Shown here: positions 46,358 through 56,004 of the stretch, in pieces
Layout of the letters: each line of letters starts with the position of its first letter
Position numbering within the stretch: the first letter of the stretch is position 1
Assembly: GCA_964395165.1 (NCBI GenBank)
Contig: CAYMZY010000001.1
Location: 1,695-65,694 of the forward strand
Source of the DNA: an uncultured Bdellovibrionales bacterium
Lineage (GTDB): Bacteria > Patescibacteriota > Minisyncoccia > Moranbacterales > UBA1568
Length of the DNA: 64,000 nucleotides
Direction: 5' to 3'
The notes under the pieces: generated by a model
Seen by the model: the letters and a program-made list of their open reading frames with translations, nothing else
What the model was told of the DNA's origin: nothing
Databases searched by the model: none
Position numbers and translations under genes: made by a program

Positions 46358-47818
46358 ATGTCCTCTCAATTGTCTGAGACACCTGGAACAAAACTGTTCG
46401 TCTTGGATACCAACGTCCTGATGCATGATCCCATGAGTCTCTATCGTTTCGGCGATAATGATGTTTTTATTCCCATTATCGTATTGGAGGAACTTGACGA
46501 CCATAAGCAGGGGACGTCCGGGATCGCCCGGAGTACGCGCCAGGCTACGCGTCTGCTGAGTCAGATTCTCGATGCGGCAAAAGCATCGGGTGTGTCTTTG
46601 GATCAGGGAATCACCTTGTCCGGTCCTTCGAACGAACTTGCTAGTGGGCGGCTCTTCTTGCAGACCGAGAATATTGATCTCGAGTTGCCGGAAGGGTTTG
46701 CGGCAGGGAAAGAAGATAATCAAATACTAGCGGTCGTATCGTATCTGCAGAGAAGTTTTCCTGGGCGCGCGGTAGTCCTTGTCACCAAAGATATCAACAT
46801 GCAGATCAAGGCCACTGCTCTTGGAATCGTCGTGCAGGATTATTTCAACGATAAGGTGCTTGAAGCGGCGGATCGGCGGTATACGGGCGCTTTGGAACTT
46901 CCGAACGACTTCTGGGTCCGGCACCCCGAGATGCTCCACTCGAGTGGAGGAAAGGATGCTTGCTGTCAGTTCAGTTCGTTTCCCGACGAGCATTTTCTTG
47001 TCAACCAGTGCGTATTTCAGAACGGAGGAAGGAAGCCGTTTCAGGCCCTTGTGACTTCCGTGGAGGGTACGCGAGTCACCATGCGGGAGGTGGTCAATTA
47101 TGCATGTGAAAAAAATGCCGTTTTCGGACTTACGGCACGCAATATCGGGCAGAGTTTCGCCCTGAACCTGCTGTTGGATCCGAGGATCGATTTTGTGACG
47201 ATACTCGGCCAAGCCGGTACCGGGAAAACGATTCTGTCCCTGGCCGCGGCTTTGCAGCAGGTGGTTGAAGATAAATCGCATCGGAAAATAATCTTCACGA
47301 GGCTGACGGTACCTTTGGGGGAAGGGATCGGGTGGCTCCCGGGGACCAAAGAAGAGAAAATGGCACCCTGGATGAGACCGCTTTTCGATAATCTTGGCGT
47401 GTTGGGAGCCAGAAGGCCGGAAAAGTCGATCAGTAAGTCCAATGGCGCATATAGGTCGACGGATATCGATCCCGACGAAGCGCAGGCGGTCTCGATTGAA
47501 TACCTCTTGCGGTATATCGAGATCGAAGCGGTCGATTTCATGCGGGGAGCTTCGCTTTCGAAGGTGATCCTGATCATCGATGAGGCGCAGAATTTGACGC
47601 CTCACCAGGTAAAGTCTCTGGTTACCCGGGCTGGTGAAGGGACCAAGGTCATCCTCTTGGGAGATACCTCACAGATCGATAATCCGTATCTGGACGAAAG
47701 CAGCTCCGGATTGACCTATGCCGTTGAGCGATTCAAGGGGTGGGAGGGGAGCGGACATATCCTCCTGCGAGACGGTGAGCGTTCACGACTTGCGACATAT
47801 GCAGCCTTGGTTCTTTAG
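46358..47818 (+). CDS. PIN-PhoH family protein (PhoH2/YlaK-like)
   Basis: PIN motifs VLDTNVL and VTKDINM; PhoH motifs GQAGTGKT, IG.LPG, MRG, IDEAQN, QIDNPY. Confidence 0.92.
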   Translation: MSSQLSETPGTKLFVLDTNVLMHDPMSLYRFGDNDVFIPIIVLEELDDHKQGTSGIARSTRQATRLLSQILDAAKASGVSLDQGITLSGPSNELASGRLFLQTENIDLELPEGFAAGKEDNQILAVVSYLQRSFPGRAVVLVTKDINMQIKATALGIVVQDYFNDKVLEAADRRYTGALELPNDFWVRHPEMLHSSGGKDACCQFSSFPDEHFLVNQCVFQNGGRKPFQALVTSVEGTRVTMREVVNYACEKNAVFGLTARNIGQSFALNLLLDPRIDFVTILGQAGTGKTILSLAAALQQVVEDKSHRKIIFTRLTVPLGEGIGWLPGTKEEKMAPWMRPLFDNLGVLGARRPEKSISKSNGAYRSTDIDPDEAQAVSIEYLLRYIEIEAVDFMRGASLSKVILIIDEAQNLTPHQVKSLVTRAGEGTKVILLGDTSQIDNPYLDESSSGLTYAVERFKGWEGSGHILLRDGERSRLATYAALVL

Positions 47819-47834
47819 ATTTTTCTTTTTCCAT

Positions 47835-47861
47835 CCCCCGGTAATTTCGGGGGCTTTTTTT
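47835..47861 (+). terminator. Intrinsic terminator
   Basis: CCCCCGG/TCGGGGG stem plus T7. Confidence 0.7.
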
Positions 47862-47934
47862 AGCTGAAAAATGGAGTACGGAACGATTCTCCAAAACCAT
47901 GTATACTGGAAGAGCTTTTCCTTTCTGAATCCAT

Positions 47935-49491
47935 ATGACGCAAGCTGAGGCTCTTGCCATCCTTCGTTCCGGTGCCCATGTCTTTTTGACGGGTGAGGCG
48001 GGATCAGGGAAGACACACACCATCAATGCTTATACCTCTTATCTCCGGGAACGAGGGATCGATTTTGCGGTGACCGCTTCGACCGGAATAGCTGCCACTC
48101 ATATTCACGGGATGACCATTCATGCCTGGAGCGGCATCGGGACCGCTCGTTCTTTGGATGAGGATGGCATACGGACGCTTGCCGATAATCGCTATGTCGC
48201 TAAGCGAATCAAGAAAACGAAGGTCTTGATTATCGATGAGATTTCCATGCTGGACGCATCGGTATTCGATACCGTTGAACGGATTTGTCGGGCCATCAAG
48301 AAAGGACAACTTCCCTTTGGCGGATTGCAGGTCGTGGTTGTGGGGGATTTCTTTCAGCTGCCTCCGGTGGCGAAAGAAGGTGAATTTTCCCGTTTCGCTT
48401 TCGAATCGGAGACTTGGCAGTGGCTTGGTCTCAAAGTTTGCTATCTGACTGACCAGTATCGACAAGAAGATGATATGTTTCTTGAACTGCTCTCAGCGAT
48501 ACGCTCACAATCCTGGGGAGATCTGTATCAGCGTCGGTTGGAAGCGCGGCTCATCGGCGATGGAGAAGTGCTGCCGGATGAGATGACTCGTCTTTTTTCA
48601 CATAACGCGGACGTCGATCGAATCAATCAAAGTGAACTCGGAAAATTGGATGCGAAGACGTATCGTTTCGTCATGGCGGAACGTGGCCCCGAAAAGCTCG
48701 TGGAAGCTCTCAAGCGAGGGTGTCTTTCTCCTTCGCGGCTGGAGCTCAAAGAGGGGGCCTCCGTGATGTTCACGAAGAATAATCAAGGAGAAGGCTTCGT
48801 CAACGGGACGCTTGGAGTCGTGACTGGTTTCGAAGGAACGAAACACTGGCCGGTAGTACGGACGCATGCGGGTGATCGCATCGTAGTCGAGCCGATGGAG
48901 TGGATGATGATGGAGGGTGACATAGCCTTGGCGAAGATCACTCAGCTTCCGCTCAGACTTGCTTGGGCGATGACGATACATAAGAGCCAAGGCGTGAGCC
49001 TTGATGCGGCGGTGATGGATCTTTCACAGGCTTTTGAATTCGGCCAGGGATACGTGGCTCTCTCTCGGGTTCGGCGTCTTTCGGGAGTCTATCTTATCGG
49101 GATAAATAAACGGGCGCTTGAGGTGCATCCGAGAGTTTTTCAGGAAGACCGGATATTTCGTGAAGTTTCCCGGGTGACTCTGGAATGGTCCCGATCTCTT
49201 GTCCCGGAAGAGCGAGAGCGGATCGAGCGGAATTTCATTCTTATTTCGGGTGGGAAGCAAGATGGGGAAACGAAAGGGCACGTGGAAGGTTCGGTACCCG
49301 AATCATTGTCGGAGAAAACTGGAAAGACGACGAACACTCATGCGTATCGACACTGGACGGATGCGGAAGAAGAGCGATTGAAAAAATTATTCAATAAGGG
49401 AGTACCGGTAAGAGATATCGCGCTCATGCTGGATCGGCAGGTCGGGGGAGTTCGTTCACGGATGAAGAAACTTGAACTGAAGGAAACATAG
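47935..49491 (+). CDS. Pif1 family DNA helicase with C-terminal small HTH domain
   Basis: TGEAGSGKT, TASTGIAA, IDEISM, GDFFQLPPV, TIHKSQG, YVALSR. Confidence 0.93.
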   Translation: MTQAEALAILRSGAHVFLTGEAGSGKTHTINAYTSYLRERGIDFAVTASTGIAATHIHGMTIHAWSGIGTARSLDEDGIRTLADNRYVAKRIKKTKVLIIDEISMLDASVFDTVERICRAIKKGQLPFGGLQVVVVGDFFQLPPVAKEGEFSRFAFESETWQWLGLKVCYLTDQYRQEDDMFLELLSAIRSQSWGDLYQRRLEARLIGDGEVLPDEMTRLFSHNADVDRINQSELGKLDAKTYRFVMAERGPEKLVEALKRGCLSPSRLELKEGASVMFTKNNQGEGFVNGTLGVVTGFEGTKHWPVVRTHAGDRIVVEPMEWMMMEGDIALAKITQLPLRLAWAMTIHKSQGVSLDAAVMDLSQAFEFGQGYVALSRVRRLSGVYLIGINKRALEVHPRVFQEDRIFREVSRVTLEWSRSLVPEERERIERNFILISGGKQDGETKGHVEGSVPESLSEKTGKTTNTHAYRHWTDAEEERLKKLFNKGVPVRDIALMLDRQVGGVRSRMKKLELKET

Positions 49492-49607
49492 ACCTTCTGA
49501 TAAGGGAGTCTGAAGAGAGATGAGGCATGATCGGTGATTTTGGAAGGAAGACGGAACGTGGTATCTTAACAGGAGAACACCATTTTCATTGAAGCGCACC
49601 GTGTCGT

Positions 49608-50423
49608 ATGGGTATCTTTTTTTTCTTTTCTTTGGGTTTGATAGTAGGAAGTTTCCTGAATGTCGTCGCGCTGCGATTGGAAACAGGGACGGATTTCATC
49701 CGTGGACGTTCGGCTTGTCCGCAGTGTCAGTCGCTTATCGCTTGGTATGACAATATTCCGCTTTTCTCATTCTTTTTTCTCAGGGGAAAGTGCCGATCCT
49801 GCAAAGCGCCTATCCCGTGGCGTTATCCGCTGGTTGAATTGGGTACCGGACTCGTGTACGCCGGTACATTCTGGTTGTTTCTCGACCCGGTTGGAACCAC
49901 ATTGATCGAGACGGTCTGGTTACTTGGGCTCTTCTCCCTTTTAATCATCATCGGCCTGTATGATGCGAAAACGATGGAGATACCGGTCCTACTCCTTCAG
50001 GTGAGCGCGTTTTGGACGATTGTGGCGCTTCTTCTTCTGGATTGGAGCCTGTCGACGAATATGATGTGGGCTTGGGATGGGCGGACCGTTTCGGGGCTGC
50101 TCGGTGCTTTGGGAGCCTGGATTTTTTTCGCAGCCCTCTCTTTTTTCTCCAAAGAGACGTGGATGGGCTGGGGAGATTCATGGTTAGCGGCTATCATCGG
50201 GCTTGCCGTGGGTATCGGGGGGGTATTTTTTGCTCTGACTCTTTCTTTCGCTATCGGCGCGATTTTCTCCTGTATTCTTTTGTTTCGAAAAAAAGCAGGT
50301 ATGACTACCCAGGTCCCTTTTGGGCCTTTTCTCGTTGCGGGTCTTATATCGTATTTTTTTCTTTCCCGGCTCGATGCAATCCGGTATGGGAGTAACGCAT
50401 GGTTATCCTCTCTTTTTTCCTGA
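49608..50423 (+). CDS. pilD: Prepilin peptidase
   Basis: GSFLNVV, CPQC..CRSC, MGWGD, PFGPFL. Confidence 0.95.
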   Translation: MGIFFFFSLGLIVGSFLNVVALRLETGTDFIRGRSACPQCQSLIAWYDNIPLFSFFFLRGKCRSCKAPIPWRYPLVELGTGLVYAGTFWLFLDPVGTTLIETVWLLGLFSLLIIIGLYDAKTMEIPVLLLQVSAFWTIVALLLLDWSLSTNMMWAWDGRTVSGLLGALGAWIFFAALSFFSKETWMGWGDSWLAAIIGLAVGIGGVFFALTLSFAIGAIFSCILLFRKKAGMTTQVPFGPFLVAGLISYFFLSRLDAIRYGSNAWLSSLFS

Positions 50424-50547
50424 GGTCATCCAGTGTGATACTGATGCGAAAGACCGTTTTTTTGTCGGATGGGGTGAGGTGCTGTATACTATACTTATTG
50501 GAAGGGTCTGATTTCTTTAATTTTTTCAAATTCGCAGGAAATCCGAT

Positions 50548-51072
50548 ATGCCTCAAAAGAAAGGATTCACCCTCATCGAAGTCCTGGTGGTTGTCGCTAT
50601 CATCGGTATCGCTTCGGCGATCATCCTCGTGTCTATTGGCAACGGAAGGACACAAAAACAAGTGGAAGGTGATGCTCGCCGTTTGGTCGGCATGTTGCGT
50701 GAAATTCAGAATGATGCGCTCTCGGGAAAACAAGTCGTTTTAGGAAGGATTTCATGCGCTTTCGTGTTTCCGCCGTCCGCTAGTGCCGAAACTATCATCT
50801 CTCCTACGTATAGGTATCGGAATGGTGCGAGTTGTGCATCCACTCTGAGCGATGATCTTCCGTCTCTCAATCTGACTCCGGGGGTGAGCATTTCGGTTGC
50901 GAATGCGGGGGTCAGTTTCGTGGTTCCGTGGGGAGAGGTCTGGGATGGGTCATTGACGGCTCGGTTGGCAAGTACGGTCCAATATACACTGGTCAAGTCG
51001 GGAGTAACCTGGTCGGTTTGCGTGTACCCCGGAGGCCGGATTGAAGAAATAGCCGGGGCGAGTTGCCCGTAG
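50548..51072 (+). CDS. Minor pilin (FimT/GspH-like)
   Basis: KG|FTLIEVLVVVAIIG. Confidence 0.85.
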   Translation: MPQKKGFTLIEVLVVVAIIGIASAIILVSIGNGRTQKQVEGDARRLVGMLREIQNDALSGKQVVLGRISCAFVFPPSASAETIISPTYRYRNGASCASTLSDDLPSLNLTPGVSISVANAGVSFVVPWGEVWDGSLTARLASTVQYTLVKSGVTWSVCVYPGGRIEEIAGASCP

Positions 51073-51088
51073 ATACATCAGGATTCAT

Positions 51089-51802
51089 ATGAGAATATCC
51101 AGAGTCATGAACAGGGACCATAAGGAACGCGGAAGAATAGTGGTGTTTTCTTGTCCGCTTTCTGGACAGAAAAAAAGCGGAAACGCTTTTCGAGTCCGCG
51201 CTTTTTCGATGGTAGAAGTGATTATCGCATCCGCGATCGTCGCTATCGGTCTGACTGCCGTGTTGCAGCTCCTATCCTCATCGCTCAATAACGTTTTTCG
51301 TGATACGGATGCCATAGTGGCGACAGAGCTCGCTCAGGAGGGTTTGGAATACACGTACAATGTCCGAGATAGCAACCTTGCCGCGACCAGCGACGCTTTC
51401 CCGACCTCGGGAACGCGCGCCTTTCCTGGTACCTCTTCAAGGAATTTTTGTCGATTAGATGCGACGACTCCGAGATTCGTTCTGTCTGGCGCCAGTCGGA
51501 ACTGCTTCCCGGATGCGAGGCGTTCGTCACGCCGATATTCGCTTGTTCCAGTGGGGAATTTTTACGTATTCCAAAATGCGGTCACGCATTTCGCTCGCGT
51601 TATCTTTATCGAGCTAGACAATGTCTCGGATCCGCAGCAGGCCGAAGTGACCAGTATTGTCTGGTGGGGGCGAAGCGATGTTCATCCGGCGGGGGTTTTT
51701 CCGGGAGCGACTGCTAATACCGTGGATGTTTCTCAGTGCACTCGGGCGAACCAGTGTGTCTACGTGCAGGCTGTTTTGACGAATTGGAAACCGGGATCAT
51801 AA
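51089..51802 (+). CDS. Minor pilin (PilV-like)
   Basis: RA|FSMVEVIIA and LAQEGLE..NVRD; start codon uncertain. Confidence 0.8.
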   Translation: MRISRVMNRDHKERGRIVVFSCPLSGQKKSGNAFRVRAFSMVEVIIASAIVAIGLTAVLQLLSSSLNNVFRDTDAIVATELAQEGLEYTYNVRDSNLAATSDAFPTSGTRAFPGTSSRNFCRLDATTPRFVLSGASRNCFPDARRSSRRYSLVPVGNFYVFQNAVTHFARVIFIELDNVSDPQQAEVTSIVWWGRSDVHPAGVFPGATANTVDVSQCTRANQCVYVQAVLTNWKPGS

Positions 51803-51813
51803 CGAGTACTTCT

Positions 51814-52401
51814 ATGTATCAGAACAGGAGGAAACGGAATGTCGTGTCGCAGGGAGGATTTTCCTTGATAGAAGTCGTTGTCGCGATGGGTGTTTTTTCC
51901 CTTCTCATGGCCATCGTTTCAGTGGTTTTCAGCGGGGGGTTCGCGGCGTATCGCAATACGGCGAGTTCTCAAAAATACCTTGAAAACGCTCAGTACATCA
52001 TGAACGATCTCGTTAAGCAGTTGCGAACCAGTTCCGTAATCAGTCCGGCAGGGGATCCGGGGACCAATACTTCCCCGGTAAGTGTCACCTTTTTCGATTA
52101 TTCGCAGTCAAGGTGCATCATGTACCGTCAGCATTTGTCGCCTAATTATATCGAGAAGTCAATCGGAACTGCAGTGACCGTCGCCTCTTGTGGTGCGGCA
52201 CCCGGATTCGATGATTGGGATCGTTTGACCACGGGCGAAGTCACGATGAATCTCATCGTTCGGGATTCAGCGTTGAATACTCGGGCCGGGATGGCCATCA
52301 TTTCCTTTCTTGTCGGGGGTGGAGGGACCTCTGTTGTTAATCCGATCCTGTTGCAATCAACAGTTTCTTTGCGTGACTACAAAAAGTCTCTCGGGTTGTA
52401 A
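51814..52401 (+). CDS. Minor pilin (PilW/GspJ-like)
   Basis: GG|FSLIEVVVAM and C-terminal LQSTVSLR. Confidence 0.83.
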   Translation: MYQNRRKRNVVSQGGFSLIEVVVAMGVFSLLMAIVSVVFSGGFAAYRNTASSQKYLENAQYIMNDLVKQLRTSSVISPAGDPGTNTSPVSVTFFDYSQSRCIMYRQHLSPNYIEKSIGTAVTVASCGAAPGFDDWDRLTTGEVTMNLIVRDSALNTRAGMAIISFLVGGGGTSVVNPILLQSTVSLRDYKKSLGL

Positions 52402-52553
52402 AATACTTCTTCTTGTTTTTAGGGTGCGGCGTTTCGGAGTGAACAGAGAGGGAGCGCTTCGGGTGAGAATGGAGTCTTTACGGGGAAGGGAAAGCATGGT
52501 ATGCTCTTTTTTGCGTTTCCGGAGGGTTTGGATAAGGGGGCGCAGTGTTTTTT

Positions 52554-53369
52554 ATGAATCTGCATTTCGGTTTCTTTTCGGGAGTGGATCGGCAGCCGGG
52601 GATAAAAAGAAAGAGTTTTTTCAGAGTCGATGTTCGTGCGTTCGCCCCCCTTTTTTTTCTTGTCGGGGGCAGCTTGTCTCCCGTTATTGATGGAGGTGCT
52701 TTTTCGGAGTTGACCGATCTCCCAGCGGTAACGATGGTTCAGAGGTTCGATCCGCCTGTCGGGCTTCCTGAATCTGTTCAGGAGAATTCGGAACAGAATG
52801 ATAATCTCGTTCGATGTCGCTGGCAGGCAGATCGGGTACTTCTATCCTCGCTCGGGCAAGAGATACCTCTTCGCGCTTCTGGGACGGGGTGTTCTGAAGA
52901 GGAAGGCGAGAGTATCGGCAATCGGAGCGAGAACCGGGGAATACGCGAAAAGGTGATTGCTCTCACCTCGGAAGAATATCCTCTTTCGGTTATGGCGGGG
53001 AGCATCGCCTTGTACGACCCTCCTATTGCCGGACTTATTGTCGGTATCGCGAAAAAGGAAAGCGATTGGGGGAAGCATACCCCGAAACTCCATGGAGAGG
53101 AGTGTTTCAATTATTGGGGATATCGTGGGTATGGTAATCGCGGTGTGACCGAGGATGGGTATGGTTGTTTCGAAAAGCCGGCCGATGCCGTTCAGGTTAT
53201 CGGGAACCGTTTGATCGAGCTTTCTTCGGTGCGTGGCGGAATGACTGATCCGGAACAGATGATCATGTGGAAATGCGGTTCAAGCTGTCAGGGGCACAGT
53301 CCGGAGAGCGTCCGCAAATGGATCAGCGATGTGAGGTTGTATTATCAGCAGTTCGCCGGGGTGTTCTAG
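52554..53369 (+). CDS. Hypothetical exported protein with lysozyme/glucosaminidase-like motifs
   Basis: GIAKKESDWGK..CFNYWGY resembles the GH73-like ESxWG/NxxG motifs. Confidence 0.5.
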   Translation: MNLHFGFFSGVDRQPGIKRKSFFRVDVRAFAPLFFLVGGSLSPVIDGGAFSELTDLPAVTMVQRFDPPVGLPESVQENSEQNDNLVRCRWQADRVLLSSLGQEIPLRASGTGCSEEEGESIGNRSENRGIREKVIALTSEEYPLSVMAGSIALYDPPIAGLIVGIAKKESDWGKHTPKLHGEECFNYWGYRGYGNRGVTEDGYGCFEKPADAVQVIGNRLIELSSVRGGMTDPEQMIMWKCGSSCQGHSPESVRKWISDVRLYYQQFAGVF

Positions 53370-53495
53370 AGGCGATGAGAGATCGTTTTTCTGTGTATGT
53401 GATTTTATATCCCGCTCATTTTTTTTGTATCCTTGAGGGCTCTGCCGGATGATTTGCACAAGACATTTTCGTCCGGTCACGGTATACTGTGGAAT

Positions 53496-54449
53496 ATGAC
53501 CTGGATAATCGTTTCGATCATCTCGTATTTCTTCGGAGCCGTAGCTGCGCTTTTGGACAAAGCGCTTCTTTCGGGCCGAATCGGTCATCCGTCCGTATAC
53601 GCATTTTTCGTTTCGCTTTTCAGCCTGTTCGCTCTTCTATTCGTACCGTTCGGATTCCAGTGGTACGGATATGTTCCGACGCTGGTCTTTCTTTTCTCGG
53701 GGATATTGTTCTTGTACGGACTTTTGGCACTGTATACTGCCGTACAGAAAAGCGAGGTGTCCCGTGTGGCACCCTTGGTCGGGACCGTTATGGCGCTGAC
53801 CGCCTTGTTTATTTATTTTTTCCCGCTCGGCGGCGATTTGGGCCGGGTCATCACCATCACCTGGGTGCAGTTTCTAGCATTCGCTCTTTTGGTTGGTGGC
53901 GGCATACTCATCACGATCGATCTTCCATTCAATAGGAAGGAAAGCGTTTCTCCTCTGGCTGTGGTCGCCGGAATTTGCATGTCGATATCGCTTCTTTTGT
54001 TGAAATATGGATATCATCAGTATGATGCGAATTTTGAGAGCGGTTTTGTCTGGTCGCGTATCGGGATGTTTCTTGGAGGAATGAGCCTGTTCCTTATCCC
54101 TCGTTTCCGTAGGCAGATTCTTTCGGGTTTACTGGATCATGGTGTGGCGAACAAGAAGAATACCGGGACCGGTATACTGTTTCTTGCCAACAAGATAAGC
54201 GGTGGCACGGCCGCTTTCTTGATGAATTATGCCACTTTCCTCGGTCCGGTGACATTCATTCAGGCACTTTCGGGAATACAGTTTGTTTTCTTGTTGATGC
54301 TCGCCTGGATGACATCGACCCAGTATCCGCATATTTTTGAGGAACGATTCGGTATGGTACAGTGGATACAGAAGGGTATGGCTATCATTCTGATTGTTTT
54401 TGGGATGTGGCTTTCGGTTATGAGCGGTGTGCGTCTCCTTATTTATTGA
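53496..54449 (+). CDS. EamA/DMT family transporter
   Basis: About 10 TM helices in two repeats; TATACT lies 7 nt before the ATG (possibly leaderless). Confidence 0.75.
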   Translation: MTWIIVSIISYFFGAVAALLDKALLSGRIGHPSVYAFFVSLFSLFALLFVPFGFQWYGYVPTLVFLFSGILFLYGLLALYTAVQKSEVSRVAPLVGTVMALTALFIYFFPLGGDLGRVITITWVQFLAFALLVGGGILITIDLPFNRKESVSPLAVVAGICMSISLLLLKYGYHQYDANFESGFVWSRIGMFLGGMSLFLIPRFRRQILSGLLDHGVANKKNTGTGILFLANKISGGTAAFLMNYATFLGPVTFIQALSGIQFVFLLMLAWMTSTQYPHIFEERFGMVQWIQKGMAIILIVFGMWLSVMSGVRLLIY

Positions 54450-54466
54450 TAGGCAGGATTTCTTTT

Positions 54467-55495
54467 ATGCGGGCCGGTCTCTACTATTTCTTGAAAATAG
54501 TCTTTTGGGTCGTATGGTGGATAGCGTTCTCAGTGACCGTATTGTTCGGATTGTTCAATGTTCCTGGGTTGCATCCGCGTGAGGATGTGGCACTTGGCAT
54601 TACTTTTTCCTCACGGTATGCACGTGATCTTGGTTTGGACTGGAAGGAGACTTACCGGGCGCTTCTCGATGAAGTCGGTGTCCGTAAGGTCCGCATTCCC
54701 GTTTATTGGGATCTGTCCGAACCGCGAGAAGGGGAATATGATTTTGCTGATCTTGATTGGCAGATTGAAGAAACGGCCTCACGGGGCGGTGACATCATCC
54801 TCTCTATCGGACAGCGGGTGCCTCGTTGGCCGGAGTGTCATATTCCTGGCTGGGTCAGTGATGATGCTGATCAGCGAGAGGCTTCCCTGAGCCGGTTTCT
54901 GCGAGAAGTCGTGGGTCGATATAAAGGCACGGAAGTGATTACGGTATGGCAGGTTGAAAATGAGCCGTTTTTGGTTTTCTTCGGTCAGTGTCCGCCCTTC
55001 CGTCGGGAAATGCTCGATCGGGAGATTTCACTCGTGAAATCACTCGATAATTCACGTCCGGTATTGACTACGGATAGCGGAGAACTTTCACTTTGGTATC
55101 AGGCAGCTCATCGAGGTGATCGTTTCGGAACGACGATGTATCGTCATATCTACAAGCATGGATACGGTTACTTCACGTATCCGCTCGGGCCGAGCTTCTT
55201 TATCGCAAAAGAGTGGCTCGTTCGGTTTTTGACCGATCAGGAACATTTTTCAGTCATCGAACTGCAGGCGGAACCTTGGGCAAGCGGTTGGGTGGTCGAT
55301 ATTCCGCTTGAAGAGCAGTTTCGGACGATGGATGAACGGAAGTTGCGGGAAAACGTCCTGTATGCGGAAAAGGTCGGTTTTCCGGAAGTCTATCTTTGGG
55401 GGGCAGAGTGGTGGTATTGGATGAAGGAAAAGAAAGGATATCCAGCAGTATGGGAAACCGCGAAGGAACTGTTTCATGAACATGCCGAAAAATGA
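54467..55495 (+). CDS. Membrane-anchored clan GH-A glycoside hydrolase (GH5/GH42-like)
   Basis: RIPVYW..EP..G.YDF, WQVENEP (acid/base Glu), ELQAEPW (nucleophile-like Glu). Confidence 0.75.
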   Translation: MRAGLYYFLKIVFWVVWWIAFSVTVLFGLFNVPGLHPREDVALGITFSSRYARDLGLDWKETYRALLDEVGVRKVRIPVYWDLSEPREGEYDFADLDWQIEETASRGGDIILSIGQRVPRWPECHIPGWVSDDADQREASLSRFLREVVGRYKGTEVITVWQVENEPFLVFFGQCPPFRREMLDREISLVKSLDNSRPVLTTDSGELSLWYQAAHRGDRFGTTMYRHIYKHGYGYFTYPLGPSFFIAKEWLVRFLTDQEHFSVIELQAEPWASGWVVDIPLEEQFRTMDERKLRENVLYAEKVGFPEVYLWGAEWWYWMKEKKGYPAVWETAKELFHEHAEK

Positions 55496-55985
55496 TACTC
55501 AAGACATCGTACTGATCATCCATAATGTACGGAGCGCAGCGAATGTCGGATCGATGTTTCGCACGGCCGATGGTGCCGGAGTACGGAAAATCTGGTTGAC
55601 AGGCTATACTCCCGCTCCAGCAGGACTAGATCGGAAGTATTTGACGAAGGCGGAAAAATCTCTCGCTAAGTCTGCTCTTGGTGCGGAGCATTTCGTCGCT
55701 TGGCAGAGAGGTCCGACATTCAAGAGTGTTGTGACGAAACTACGTGCATCAGGCTGTCTGATACTCGGACTCGAACAAGACGGAGAGTCGGTCGCCTTGG
55801 AAGCAATCGGAAGGGATCGGCCTCTCGCGTTGGTTGTCGGGAATGAGGTCGATGGCCTTGATAGGCGTATCCTCAATCAGTGCGATGTGATCGTGGAATT
55901 ACCGATGTATGGAAAGAAGAATTCATTGAATGTTTCGGTCGCTTGTGGCATTGCGCTTTATACCCTTCACGGTATAATGGAATGA
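55476..55985 (+). CDS. TrmH/SpoU family RNA methyltransferase
   Basis: NVGSMFRTAD, VGNEVDG, LPMYG..SLNVSVA. Confidence 0.93.
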   Translation: MNMPKNDTQDIVLIIHNVRSAANVGSMFRTADGAGVRKIWLTGYTPAPAGLDRKYLTKAEKSLAKSALGAEHFVAWQRGPTFKSVVTKLRASGCLILGLEQDGESVALEAIGRDRPLALVVGNEVDGLDRRILNQCDVIVELPMYGKKNSLNVSVACGIALYTLHGIME

Positions 55986-56004
55986 GGAAGAGTAAAAAAA
56001 AAGT

